The position numbers and the translations under genes were made by a program. The notes beneath the pieces were generated by a model. It was not told the origin of the DNA, searched no databases, and saw only the letters and a list, made by a program, of their open reading frames with translations. A DNA stretch of 64,000 bases from Planctomycetota bacterium. GTDB lineage: Bacteria > Planctomycetota > PLA2 > JAEUHO01. Numbering within the stretch: position 1 is the stretch's first letter; each line of letters opens with the position of its first letter. The stretch spans positions 3,661 to 67,660 of the forward strand of contig JADZCA010000001.1 in assembly GCA_020851795.1 (NCBI GenBank). The letters are read 5' to 3'. This document shows, piece by piece, positions 34,711 to 42,848 of this stretch.

Positions 34711-37662
34711 CTACGAGCCGGCGCGCAGGACGAGCACGACGCGGGGCTGGCCGCCGGCGTCGAGCGTCACCGAGGCCGGGTCGCCGACGAGGGTGAATCC
34801 GTCCTTGGTCGCGCCGACCTTGTAGCCGCCGGCCGCGAGGTCCGGGATCGTCGTCGTGCCCGACGCGCCGATCTTGGTCACGTCGGCGTCGAAGAGGTTC
34901 ACGATCGAGAGCGTGCGCTCCACGCGCTTGCCCGCCGCGTCGTAGAGCACCACGCGGGCGCCTTCGACGGGCTGGCCGCGCTCGTCCTCGACGCGCACGA
35001 CCAGCGAGCCGCCGCGGCGCATGACGGCGTCCACCGCCATGCCCTTCTCGGTCACCGCGACCGAGCGCGTGACCGGTGCGTAGCCCTTGCCCTCGAACTT
35101 GACGGTGTACTCGCCGACCTCGATGCCCTGCATCTCGTAGCGCCCGTTGCTCCCGGTGCTCGCGATGTTGAAGAGGAAGACGTCCTCGCCGCGGGCGTTC
35201 TTGACCGAGACGCCGACGCCCTCGACGGGGTTGCCGGCCTCGTCGGTGACGCGCCCGGAGATCGAGCCGCCCGGCTGCAGGCGCAGCGTGCCGAGGTCCT
35301 TGGTCTCGCCGTCGCCGACCGCGAACGGGTCGGTCACCTTGGCGGCGAAGCCCGTGCCGACGATGCGCAGCCGGTAGGTGCCGGGCGGCAGGCCCGCGGC
35401 CACCACGACGCCGCGCTCGTCGGAGTTGAGCTGGGCGCGCACGCCTTCCCAGGCGGAGGCGCCTTCGCGCACGTCCTGCGTCTCGACCGTCAGCCACGCG
35501 CCCGAGACCGGCGTCTTGCCGTCGCCGCCGACGAGGACGACCCGCAGGCCCGCCGAGCCGAACGAGAAGTCGACGGTCACGGGCTCGCCGCTGGTCGGGA
35601 CGCTGGCACCCTCGGTGTCGGAGAGGCCGGTGCCGGTCTCGACGTAGACGGTGGCGCGGCCGGGCCGGATGCCGCGGGCGACGTAGCGCCCCTCGGCGTC
35701 GGTCTCGGTGGTGACCGAGGCTGCCGCCCCGCGGTCGTCCTGCACGTAGACCGTCGCCTTGGCGGCGGGTGCGCCCGCGACGAGGACGCGGCCCTGGATC
35801 ACGCCGATCGCGTCGAGGTCGCCCTCCACCTGGAAGTCCACGACGACCTCGCCCTCGTCGCCGACGGTGACGTTCTTGCGCTGGCCGCGCGACGCGTTCT
35901 CGAAGCGGCCGTTGGAGACCGTCCACGCGCCCGCGGCGACCGCGGGGAAGCGGAACGAGCCGTCGTCGCCGGAGAACGTCGTGCGTGAGGCGAGGAAGTC
36001 GAAGCCCTGCGAGAGGTTGAGCCGCTCGCCCGCGACGGGCTTGCCCTCCTTCGTCGTGACGCGGCCGACGACGCGGGCCCCGAGCCCGAGCCGCACGGTG
36101 AGCTCGCTGCCGGTGCCCTCCGCGACGGGCGTGGCCATGACTTCCTTGGTCGCGAAGCCCGTGCGGCGCACGTGGAGCTTGACGCTCTCGAGCGGGAGGT
36201 TGCGCAGGACGAAGTGGCCGTCGCCGTCGGTGCGGGTGTACTGCTCGCGCACCGGCTCGGGCGGGAAGCCGCCGCGCTTGACGAACACCTCGGCGCCGTC
36301 GAGGTGCGTGCCGTCGGCGTCGGTGACGACGCCCGCGACCGCGCCCGACGGCGGCAGGCGGACCTCGAGCTCGCTCGTCTCGTCCTTCTTGACGGTGACC
36401 TTCGCGGTCGTGAAGGCGCCGCCCTCGCCGCGCACGTCGAGCTGGTAGGCGGCGGGGGAGAGGCCGATCGAGAAGCGCCCGTCGGGGTCGCTGACCTCGA
36501 TGAGGCGGCTGTAGGTGTAGCGGAACCAGTCGCCGGTGTACGGGCGGAGCGTGAAGCGCGTCGCCGGCTTGCCGTCGGCGAGGAGCACGCGTCCCTTGAG
36601 CGTGCCCGCGCCGCCGAGCTGGAGCCGCAGGGCGCCCTCGCCCGCGCGGACCTTGGGCGCCATCGCCTCGCCGCGGCCCTCGGAGCCGGTGACGACCATG
36701 TAGTCGCCGGGCAGGAGGCCGCCGAGCGTGAAGCGGCCGCCGGTGTCGGTCTGCACGGCTTCGAACTGGCGGAAGCCGGGCATGAGGAGGCCGGTGACGT
36801 ACGCGCCGGCGACGGGGCCGCCGTCGGGGTCCACGACCGAGCCCGCGATCGACATGGCGCGCTTGAGCGCGACGGAGACGTGCTCGACGCGGCCCGAGGC
36901 GACGACGACGTTGTCGAGGCCTTCGAACGTGTAGTCGGCGGCGCGGACCGCGACGCTGTACGTCTCGGGGACGAGCGCCTCGAAGCGGGCGACGCCGAGG
37001 TCGTCGGTGCGGCGCTCGAGCGTCGTCGTGTCGGGGACGCCCGAGCGGGCGCCGGTCGTGACGAGGAGGCTGAGGTAGAGCGTGCTCGCGGTGACGCGCG
37101 CGCCGGGGATCGGGCGGCCGGCGTCGTCGACGACCTTGACCTCGAGGCCGTCCTTGCGCTCGGGGCGCACGCGCAGCGCGACGTCGCCGAGGTCGGCCTT
37201 GCCGCCCGCGGCGAGCGCGGGGGTGCGCACGGTGCGCGAGAGGTGGCCGTCGGCGGCGACGCGGAGGTCGAGGTCGCCGGCCGGCAGCCCGGCGACCTCG
37301 AAGCGGCCGTCGCGGCCCGTGCGCACGGCGGCGGAGGCGGGCGCGGGGAGGACGGGGACGACGCGGGCGAAGCGCAGCGGCTGGCCGTCGGCCACGACGC
37401 GGCCGACGACCGTCGCCGACCCGAGGCCCGCGTCCACGCGGGACACGGGGTCGCCCTCGAACGTCTTCGGGTCCTCGGCGGGGTCCTTGCGCCGGGCGCC
37501 GCCCGCGAGCCCGCCGCCGCTCTCGGCGGCCTCGGGCGCGATCGTGTCCTCGCCCGCGGCGCCGTCGGCGCTCGAGCCGGCGAGGAACCCGCCGGGGCGG
37601 AACGCGAGCCATGCCGCGAGACCGAGCACCGCGAGCACGAGGAGCGGCAGCGCACGACGCAT
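34711..37662 (-). CDS. Carboxypeptidase-regulatory-like repeat protein (third paralog)
   Basis: The ATG at 37662 is in frame with track ORF 34711..37860, with GGAGGG 7 nt upstream. The signal anchor is MRRALPLLVLAVLGLAAWLAF. More than 10 repeats are present (GRVVADGQP, GSVVDPDGGPVAGAYV, GRVTDEAGNPVEGVGVSV, NGRYEMQGIEVGEYTV). Confidence 0.88.
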   Translation of the reverse strand: MRRALPLLVLAVLGLAAWLAFRPGGFLAGSSADGAAGEDTIAPEAAESGGGLAGGARRKDPAEDPKTFEGDPVSRVDAGLGSATVVGRVVADGQPLRFARVVPVLPAPASAAVRTGRDGRFEVAGLPAGDLDLRVAADGHLSRTVRTPALAAGGKADLGDVALRVRPERKDGLEVKVVDDAGRPIPGARVTASTLYLSLLVTTGARSGVPDTTTLERRTDDLGVARFEALVPETYSVAVRAADYTFEGLDNVVVASGRVEHVSVALKRAMSIAGSVVDPDGGPVAGAYVTGLLMPGFRQFEAVQTDTGGRFTLGGLLPGDYMVVTGSEGRGEAMAPKVRAGEGALRLQLGGAGTLKGRVLLADGKPATRFTLRPYTGDWFRYTYSRLIEVSDPDGRFSIGLSPAAYQLDVRGEGGAFTTAKVTVKKDETSELEVRLPPSGAVAGVVTDADGTHLDGAEVFVKRGGFPPEPVREQYTRTDGDGHFVLRNLPLESVKLHVRRTGFATKEVMATPVAEGTGSELTVRLGLGARVVGRVTTKEGKPVAGERLNLSQGFDFLASRTTFSGDDGSFRFPAVAAGAWTVSNGRFENASRGQRKNVTVGDEGEVVVDFQVEGDLDAIGVIQGRVLVAGAPAAKATVYVQDDRGAAASVTTETDAEGRYVARGIRPGRATVYVETGTGLSDTEGASVPTSGEPVTVDFSFGSAGLRVVLVGGDGKTPVSGAWLTVETQDVREGASAWEGVRAQLNSDERGVVVAAGLPPGTYRLRIVGTGFAAKVTDPFAVGDGETKDLGTLRLQPGGSISGRVTDEAGNPVEGVGVSVKNARGEDVFLFNIASTGSNGRYEMQGIEVGEYTVKFEGKGYAPVTRSVAVTEKGMAVDAVMRRGGSLVVRVEDERGQPVEGARVVLYDAAGKRVERTLSIVNLFDADVTKIGASGTTTIPDLAAGGYKVGATKDGFTLVGDPASVTLDAGGQPRVVLVLRAGS

Positions 37663-37763
37663 CGACGAACCCTCCAGCCAAACGCGCGAGGGTATCCCCC
37701 GGTCGGGGGCCGTGCGCGCGGCGTCCGACCACCCCTCCCCCGGCCCCCGGAGTCGGTGCGCGC

Positions 37764-37900
37764 GAACGCTGAGCGCGGGGTCTGAGCGCGGGGTCGGACC
37801 CCGTGGTCGGTGAGCGTGAGCTCCGACCCCGCAGTCGGTGAGCGCGAGCTCCGACCCCACGGTCGGTGAGCGCGGGGTCGGAGCACGCGCTCACCGTTCC
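37764..37900 (+). repeat. 28-nt hairpin-unit array A (three phased units + partial units + inverted cap)
   Basis: The units at 37784-37811, 37812-37839 and 37840-37867 are each exactly 28 nt (GAGCGnGAGCTCCGACCCCrCrGTCGGT). The cap GAGCGCGGGGTCGGAGCACGCGCTCACCGTTCC contains the 11-bp stem CGGTGAGCGCG/CGCGCTCACCG. Confidence 0.9.
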
Positions 37901-37935
37901 GCGGTGCGGGGGCCGTCGGATGGGGCTTCAGCGAT

Positions 37936-37963
37936 CGACCGTCCTAGGACGATAGGACGGTCG
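37936..37963. promoter_or_regulatory. Candidate GntR operator: CGACCGTCCTA-GGACGA-TAGGACGGTCG (11-bp inverted arms; contains perfect GTCCTAGGAC and a TAGGAC direct repeat)
   Basis: I checked the palindrome by hand. It is locally AT-richer than its surroundings and ends 3 nt before the GTG start of the GntR gene at 37966. Confidence 0.5.
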
Positions 37964-37965
37964 CC

Positions 37966-38367
37966 GTGGCCTACCGCGTCGACCCCCGCTCGGACGTCCC
38001 GCCCTCGCGACAGCTCGTCGAGGCCGTCCTCGATGCCGTCGCCCGGGGGGGCCTGTCCCCGGGGGACCGCGCGCCCAGCGTCCGCGCGCTCGCCGAGGAA
38101 GCGCTCGTCAACCCCAACACGGTGGGCAAGGCCTACCGCGACCTCGAAGCGCTCGGCGTGGTCGAGGGCCGCAACGGCAGCGGCGTCTACGTGACCGCCG
38201 ACGGCCCGACGATCGCCCGCGCCGCGCGCGAGCGATCGACCCTCGATGCCTTCCGCGCCGCCGCGGCCGCGGCGCTGCGCGCCGGCCACGACCCCGAGTC
38301 GCTCGCCGCGGCGCTCGCCTCGCTGCTCGACGCCGACCCTCGCACCCTCGCCCGGAGGATCTCGTGA
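37966..38367 (+). CDS. GntR-family transcriptional regulator, short YtrA-like type
   Basis: Track ORF of 133 aa. The winged HTH is PGDRAPSVRALAEEALVNPNTVGKAYRDLEALGVVEGRNGSGVYV. Confidence 0.9.
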   Translation: MAYRVDPRSDVPPSRQLVEAVLDAVARGGLSPGDRAPSVRALAEEALVNPNTVGKAYRDLEALGVVEGRNGSGVYVTADGPTIARAARERSTLDAFRAAAAAALRAGHDPESLAAALASLLDADPRTLARRIS

Positions 38368-39119
38368 GCTCCCGCCCCGCCCTCTCCTTCCACGACGTCG
38401 CCCGCGGCTTCGGTCGCCGCCGCGTCCTCGACGGCGTGACGCTCGACGTCGCTCCCGCCGAGGTCGTCGTGCTCCTCGGCGAGAACGGCGCGGGCAAGTC
38501 CACGCTGCTCCGCCTCGCGCTCGGACTGCTCGCGCCCACCACGGGCACCGTCACCGTCTGCGGCCTCGACCCCGTCCGCCGCGCCCGCGACGTCCGCCGC
38601 CTCGTCGGCTACGTCCCCGACCGCCCCGACGCCTACCCGTGGATGACCGTGGGCGACCTCTTCCGCTTCCTGCGCCCGCACCACCCGCGCTGGGACGACC
38701 GCCGCGGTCTCGACGCCGTCGAGGCGCTCCGCGTCCCCACGGACGTGCCCCTGCGCGCGATGTCGAAGGGCCAGGGCATGAAGGCGATGCTCGCCGCCGC
38801 GCTCGCGCAGGATCCCGAGGTGCTGCTCCTCGACGAGCCGTTCAGCGGCCTCGACCCCGTCGTGCGCGAGGACGTGCTGCGCGGCGTGATCGGCGCGCTG
38901 CGCGACGGCGGCCGCGCCGTGCTCTGCGCGACCCACGAGCTCGACGCCGCGGCGCGGATCGCCGACCGCGTCGCCGTGCTCGCCGGCGGTCGCATCGCGC
39001 GCGTCGGGACCGTCGCCGAGGTCGTCGGCACGTCCGAGGAGCCCGCGAACGCGCCGGCGCGCCTGCAGGCCGTGCTCGCGGAGACGATGGCCTCCGTCGG
39101 CGCCGGGAGGGGATCGTGA
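38364..39119 (+). CDS. ABC transporter ATP-binding protein
   Basis: Track ORF with a GTGA overlap onto the GntR gene. Motifs: Walker A GENGAGKST, signature MSKGQGMK (degenerate LSGGQ), Walker B LLLDEPFSGLD, H-loop CATHE. Confidence 0.92.
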   Translation: MSSRPALSFHDVARGFGRRRVLDGVTLDVAPAEVVVLLGENGAGKSTLLRLALGLLAPTTGTVTVCGLDPVRRARDVRRLVGYVPDRPDAYPWMTVGDLFRFLRPHHPRWDDRRGLDAVEALRVPTDVPLRAMSKGQGMKAMLAAALAQDPEVLLLDEPFSGLDPVVREDVLRGVIGALRDGGRAVLCATHELDAAARIADRVAVLAGGRIARVGTVAEVVGTSEEPANAPARLQAVLAETMASVGAGRGS

Positions 39120-39175
39120 TCCGCCCCGTCGCAGGCCCCGCGCGCTCGCCGGTATCGTGCCGCATGTCGCGCGTC

Positions 39176-39337
39176 GCGCGTCCGGCGCGCGATCGGCGTC
39201 CGGGCGGCAGGCCGGCTCACGGCACGGGCCCCGCGCGCTCGCTGGCCTCGCGGAGCGCGTCGCGCATTGCGCGTCCGGCGCGCGATCGGCGCCCGGGCGG
39301 AAGGTCGGCCCACGGCACGGGCCCCGCGCGCTCGCTG
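39176..39337 (+). repeat. Two 69-nt direct repeats (39176-39244 and 39269-39337; 4 mismatches) inside the ABC ATPase-permease spacer
   Basis: The unit is GCGCGTCCGGCGCGCGATCGGCG(T/C)CCGGGCGG(C/A)AGG(C/T)CGGC(T/C)CACGGCACGGGCCCCGCGCGCTCGCTG. A third partial match, GGCCCCGCGCGCTCGCC, lies at 39133-39149. Confidence 0.85.
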
Positions 39338-39399
39338 CGGGCGACGGCCGTGGAGCGGAACCGGGGACGTGCGCCCGTGGGCGCGAAGGGGAGGTCGTG

Positions 39400-41352
39400 A
39401 TGCGTGCGCTGTGGACCCACGTGTGGAAGGAATGGAGGGAGCACCGCGCGGTGCTCGTCGGGATCGCGGTCGCCGTCCCGCTGCTCACGCTCGGCGCGCT
39501 CTTTCTGATGCGAGGCGAGCCCGTCACGCTCGAGAAGGCGTGGCCCGTCTTCGTCGCGGGCGCGGCCGTCCTCGCGGCGCTCTCGCTCGCGACCGAGCTC
39601 CTCGCCGGCGAGCTGCAGCGCGGCACCCTCGCCTTCGTGCGCCGCGCGCCGGGCGGCCTCGGGCTCGCGCTCGCGGGCAAGCTCGTCGCCTACGTGGGCC
39701 TCACCGCGGCGGCGGCGGTCCTCGCGCGCGTCGCCTACGTCGGCGGCGTGCGGCTGCTCGCGCCCGACGTCCCGGTCCCGTCGGTGCTGCCGGCGGAGAC
39801 GTTCCTGTTCGCCGCCCCCGTCGTCGTGCTCGGGCTGTGGGTGCTCTTCCTCTCGACGTGGATCCCGCGCGGGGCCGCCGCGGCCGCCGCGGCGTTCCTC
39901 GTGCTCGGCGCGCTGGGCGTCCCGGCCTGGCTCGCGCACCGCGCGTGGCCGTCGTTCCGCCCGCCGTCTTCGGTGGTCGCCACGGGCCTCGCGTTCGTGG
40001 TCGGCGTCCCGCTCGTGGGGCTCGCGATCGGGCTGCTGCGTGGGCACCGCTTCGCGACGCGCGCGTGGCGCCCGCTCGTGGTGAGCGCGGCCGTCCTCGT
40101 GGGCGCCGCGGGCCTCGCGTACGGATACGGGTTCCGCGCGCTCGACGCGTGGGTGCACCTGACGCCGTACGACGACGACTTCGTGATCGCGCACGCGGTG
40201 GCGTCGCGCGACGGCCGCACGCTGTACGTGACGGCGGCGCGCGTGGACGCGAGCACGGGCGAGCGGGACGCCCGCACGGCGCGGCCGTGGCGGGTGGACG
40301 TCGCGAGCGGGGCGTGGTCGGAGATCGCGCCGCCCGGCAGCGGCGCGTACGACGTGCTCGACTGGACGGGCGCGTCGATCGGGGCGTGCGAGACGGGGGC
40401 GGGGCTCGTCGGCGTCATGGGGCGCGACGGGAACGCGATCCGGTGGGTGGACGCCGACACGGGCGCGACGTGGAAGACGCTGCCGACGGACTTCGCGCCG
40501 GCGGAGCTCGTGGCGCGACGCCGCGACGAGCTCGAGCGTCGGACGACGGTGCGCAGCGCCGACGGCCGTCCCGTGTGGATGCTCGAGAAGCGCCTCGAGT
40601 GGCGCGGCGCCGACGGAGGTCTCGTCGCGCGGGCGCTCCCCGACGGCGTGTTCGGCGGGTGGGCGCACCGATGGGGGTGGATGGGCTGGCGGCGGCAGGA
40701 CGGCGGGGGCTCGGTCGCGGTCGCGATCGGCGTGGACGCGGAGGGCCGGGTCGTCGCGGGGCCGTGGGGCCGCGCGGGGACGAAGGCCGTGCACGCGCGA
40801 CTCGGCGTGGGGCGCTACCTCTCGTGCGATGGGCGTGAGGCGCCGCGCGGCGCGCGGCGGTGGACGACCGTGGACGCGGCGACGGGCGCGTCGGTGCCGA
40901 CGCCGGGGCTCCTCCCGCGCGACGAGGTCGTGCTCGCGGTCAGCGAGCGTACGGTCGTCGTCTCCGGGGAGCCCGACGCGGCGCAGCGGGCGACGCCGGC
41001 CGTGGTGGACGTCGAGACGGGCGAGCGCCGTCCGTGGACGTGGGACGACGGGACCCCGATGCGGGTCACGTCGCTCTACGGCCGGGCGACGCTCGGGGAC
41101 GGCACGCGCGTCGTCGGGGTCGGGGCGAGCGACCGGGGTGCCGGGTACGTGCTCGTGGACGCGACCAGCGGCGCGCCGCGGTCGTTCACCGCGTGCGAGC
41201 TGGCGACGCACCCGTACGCGATCGCGCGGGTGGATGCGGTGGGGGTGCTCCTCGTGGGACGGCACGAGATCGTCCGCGTGCGGTGGGGGACGACAACGAC
41301 CTGGTCGACGCGCGACGTCGTCTTCCCGCGGCGCCGTCGCGCGGCGCCGTAG
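39400..41352 (+). CDS. Putative ABC exporter permease (6-7 TM) fused to ~360-aa repeat-containing extracytoplasmic domain
   Basis: The ATG at 39400 is in frame with track ORF 39157..41352, with GGGGAGG 5 nt upstream. The N-terminus MRALWTHVWKEWREHRAVLVGIAVAV is ABC-2-permease-like. The C-terminal domain has six V-D-x-x-(T/S)-G motifs: VDASTGE, VDVASGA, VDADTGA, VDAATGA, VDVETGE, VDATSGA. Confidence 0.7.
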   Translation: MRALWTHVWKEWREHRAVLVGIAVAVPLLTLGALFLMRGEPVTLEKAWPVFVAGAAVLAALSLATELLAGELQRGTLAFVRRAPGGLGLALAGKLVAYVGLTAAAAVLARVAYVGGVRLLAPDVPVPSVLPAETFLFAAPVVVLGLWVLFLSTWIPRGAAAAAAAFLVLGALGVPAWLAHRAWPSFRPPSSVVATGLAFVVGVPLVGLAIGLLRGHRFATRAWRPLVVSAAVLVGAAGLAYGYGFRALDAWVHLTPYDDDFVIAHAVASRDGRTLYVTAARVDASTGERDARTARPWRVDVASGAWSEIAPPGSGAYDVLDWTGASIGACETGAGLVGVMGRDGNAIRWVDADTGATWKTLPTDFAPAELVARRRDELERRTTVRSADGRPVWMLEKRLEWRGADGGLVARALPDGVFGGWAHRWGWMGWRRQDGGGSVAVAIGVDAEGRVVAGPWGRAGTKAVHARLGVGRYLSCDGREAPRGARRWTTVDAATGASVPTPGLLPRDEVVLAVSERTVVVSGEPDAAQRATPAVVDVETGERRPWTWDDGTPMRVTSLYGRATLGDGTRVVGVGASDRGAGYVLVDATSGAPRSFTACELATHPYAIARVDAVGVLLVGRHEIVRVRWGTTTTWSTRDVVFPRRRRAAP

Positions 41353-41364
41353 CCCTCCCCGGCG

Positions 41365-41663
41365 GGAACGGTGAGCATCGGGTCCGACCCCGCGCTCGGT
41401 GAGCGTTTGCTCCGACCCCGCGGTCGGTGAGCGCTTGCTCCGACCCCGCGGTCGGTGAGCACGGGGTCGGAGCTGGTGAGCACGGGGTCGGAGCTGGTCG
41501 TGACCGTTCCGCCGGGGGGCGACGGGCGCGCGGCGGCGGGAACGGTGAGCGCGCGCTGCGACCCCGCGGTCGGTGAGCGTCTGCTGCGACCCCGCGCTCG
41601 GTGAGCGTTTGCTGCGACCCCGCGGTCGGTGAGCGCGGGGTCGGAGCGGGCGGTGACCGTTCC
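41365..41663 (+). repeat. 28-nt hairpin-unit array B: two sub-arrays (41365-41510 and 41539-41663), each three phased units + inverted cap, each bounded by GGAACGGTGAGC ... GGTGACCGTTCC
   Basis: The units at 41373-41400, 41401-41428, 41429-41456 and at 41547-41574, 41575-41602, 41603-41630 are all exactly 28 nt. The array lies between convergent gene ends (41352 and 41765). Confidence 0.9.
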
Positions 41664-41764
41664 GGGGGGGCGGCGGGCGCGCGGGGCGCGCGGGCGGGAC
41701 CCCGGGGGCCGGGGCAGCGGGGCGACGGCGCGGGATCGCGGCGGTCGCGGGGACCGCGCCGCGG

Positions 41765-42736
41765 TCAGCCGAGCGCGAGCATGCGCTCGAGGGGCTTGAG
41801 CGCGCGGAGGCGGATGGGCTCCGGGACGTCGATCTGCGGCTCGAGGTCGCGCAGCGCGAGGTAGAGCTTCTCCATCGTGTTCAGGCGCATGTAGGGGCAC
41901 GTCGCGCACTCGCACCCCGAGTCCGGCGGCGCCCCCACGATCTCGGCGTCCGGCCGCGCCTTGCGCATCGCGTGCAGGATCCCCATCTCGGTCGCGACGA
42001 GGAACGACTTCTTCGGGCTCTTCTTCACGTGCTCGAGCAGCGCCGTCGTGCTCCCGATGAAGTCCGCGATCGACAGCACCGCCTCCTCGCACTCGGGGTG
42101 CGCGATCACCTCCGCCTGCGGGTGCTTCGCCCGCAACGCGAGGATGCGCCGCGCCGTGAACTGCTCGTGCACGACGCAGAACCCCGGCCACAGCACCATC
42201 TTGCGCCCCGTCTGCTTCTCCACCCACCGCCCGAGATGGCGGTCGGGCGCGAAGACGACGGGCACGTGCTTCGGGATGGAGCTCACCACCCGCACCGCGT
42301 TGCTCGACGTGCAGATGATCGTCGAGAGCGCCTTCACCGCCGCCGAGCAGTTGATGTAGGACACCACCTCGTGCCCCGGGTACTGCGCGAGCCACGCCTC
42401 GAACGCGTCGGGCGGGCACCGGTCCGCCAGCGAGCACCCCGCGTCGAGGTCGGGCAGCACGACCGTCTTGCGCGGGTTGAGGATCTTCGCCGTCTCCGCC
42501 ATGAAGTGCACGCCGCAGAACGCGATCACGTCCGCCTTCGTCTTCGCCGCCTGCTGCGAGAGCCCGAGGCTGTCGCCCACGAAGTCCGCGAGGTCCTGGA
42601 TCTCCGAGTCCTGGTAGTAGTGCGCGAGGACCACCGCGTTGCGCTCGCGCCGCAGCCGCGCGATCTCGGCCTCGAGGTCGAGGCGAGGGTCCACGGTCTT
42701 GCGGGCGGGCGCGGCGAACGGGGCGGGGACGGTCAT
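41765..42736 (-). CDS. nadA: Quinolinate synthase
   Basis: Track ORF with motifs [55 protein letters not shown] and VATEMGILH, plus the Fe-S cysteines. Confidence 0.95.
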   Translation of the reverse strand: MTVPAPFAAPARKTVDPRLDLEAEIARLRRERNAVVLAHYYQDSEIQDLADFVGDSLGLSQQAAKTKADVIAFCGVHFMAETAKILNPRKTVVLPDLDAGCSLADRCPPDAFEAWLAQYPGHEVVSYINCSAAVKALSTIICTSSNAVRVVSSIPKHVPVVFAPDRHLGRWVEKQTGRKMVLWPGFCVVHEQFTARRILALRAKHPQAEVIAHPECEEAVLSIADFIGSTTALLEHVKKSPKKSFLVATEMGILHAMRKARPDAEIVGAPPDSGCECATCPYMRLNTMEKLYLALRDLEPQIDVPEPIRLRALKPLERMLALG

Positions 42737-42848
42737 GGCCCGACGCTACCACCCCGTCGGCCCCGCTCCCTCCGCCGCGCGGACGGCGTCCCGGCGCGGG
42801 CCCCGTGGCGCCCGTGGGCGGACCTCCGTGCCCGTCGCGCGCCTCGCG

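Noticed and set aside
39157-39399. An 81-codon N-terminal extension of the permease gene through the 69-nt direct repeats.
   Set aside because: GGGGAGG lies 5 nt before the ATG at 39400, and the canonical permease N-terminus (MRALWTHVWKEW) starts there. The extension is Arg/Gly/Ala/Ser-rich repeat translation. The call remains testable by proteomics.
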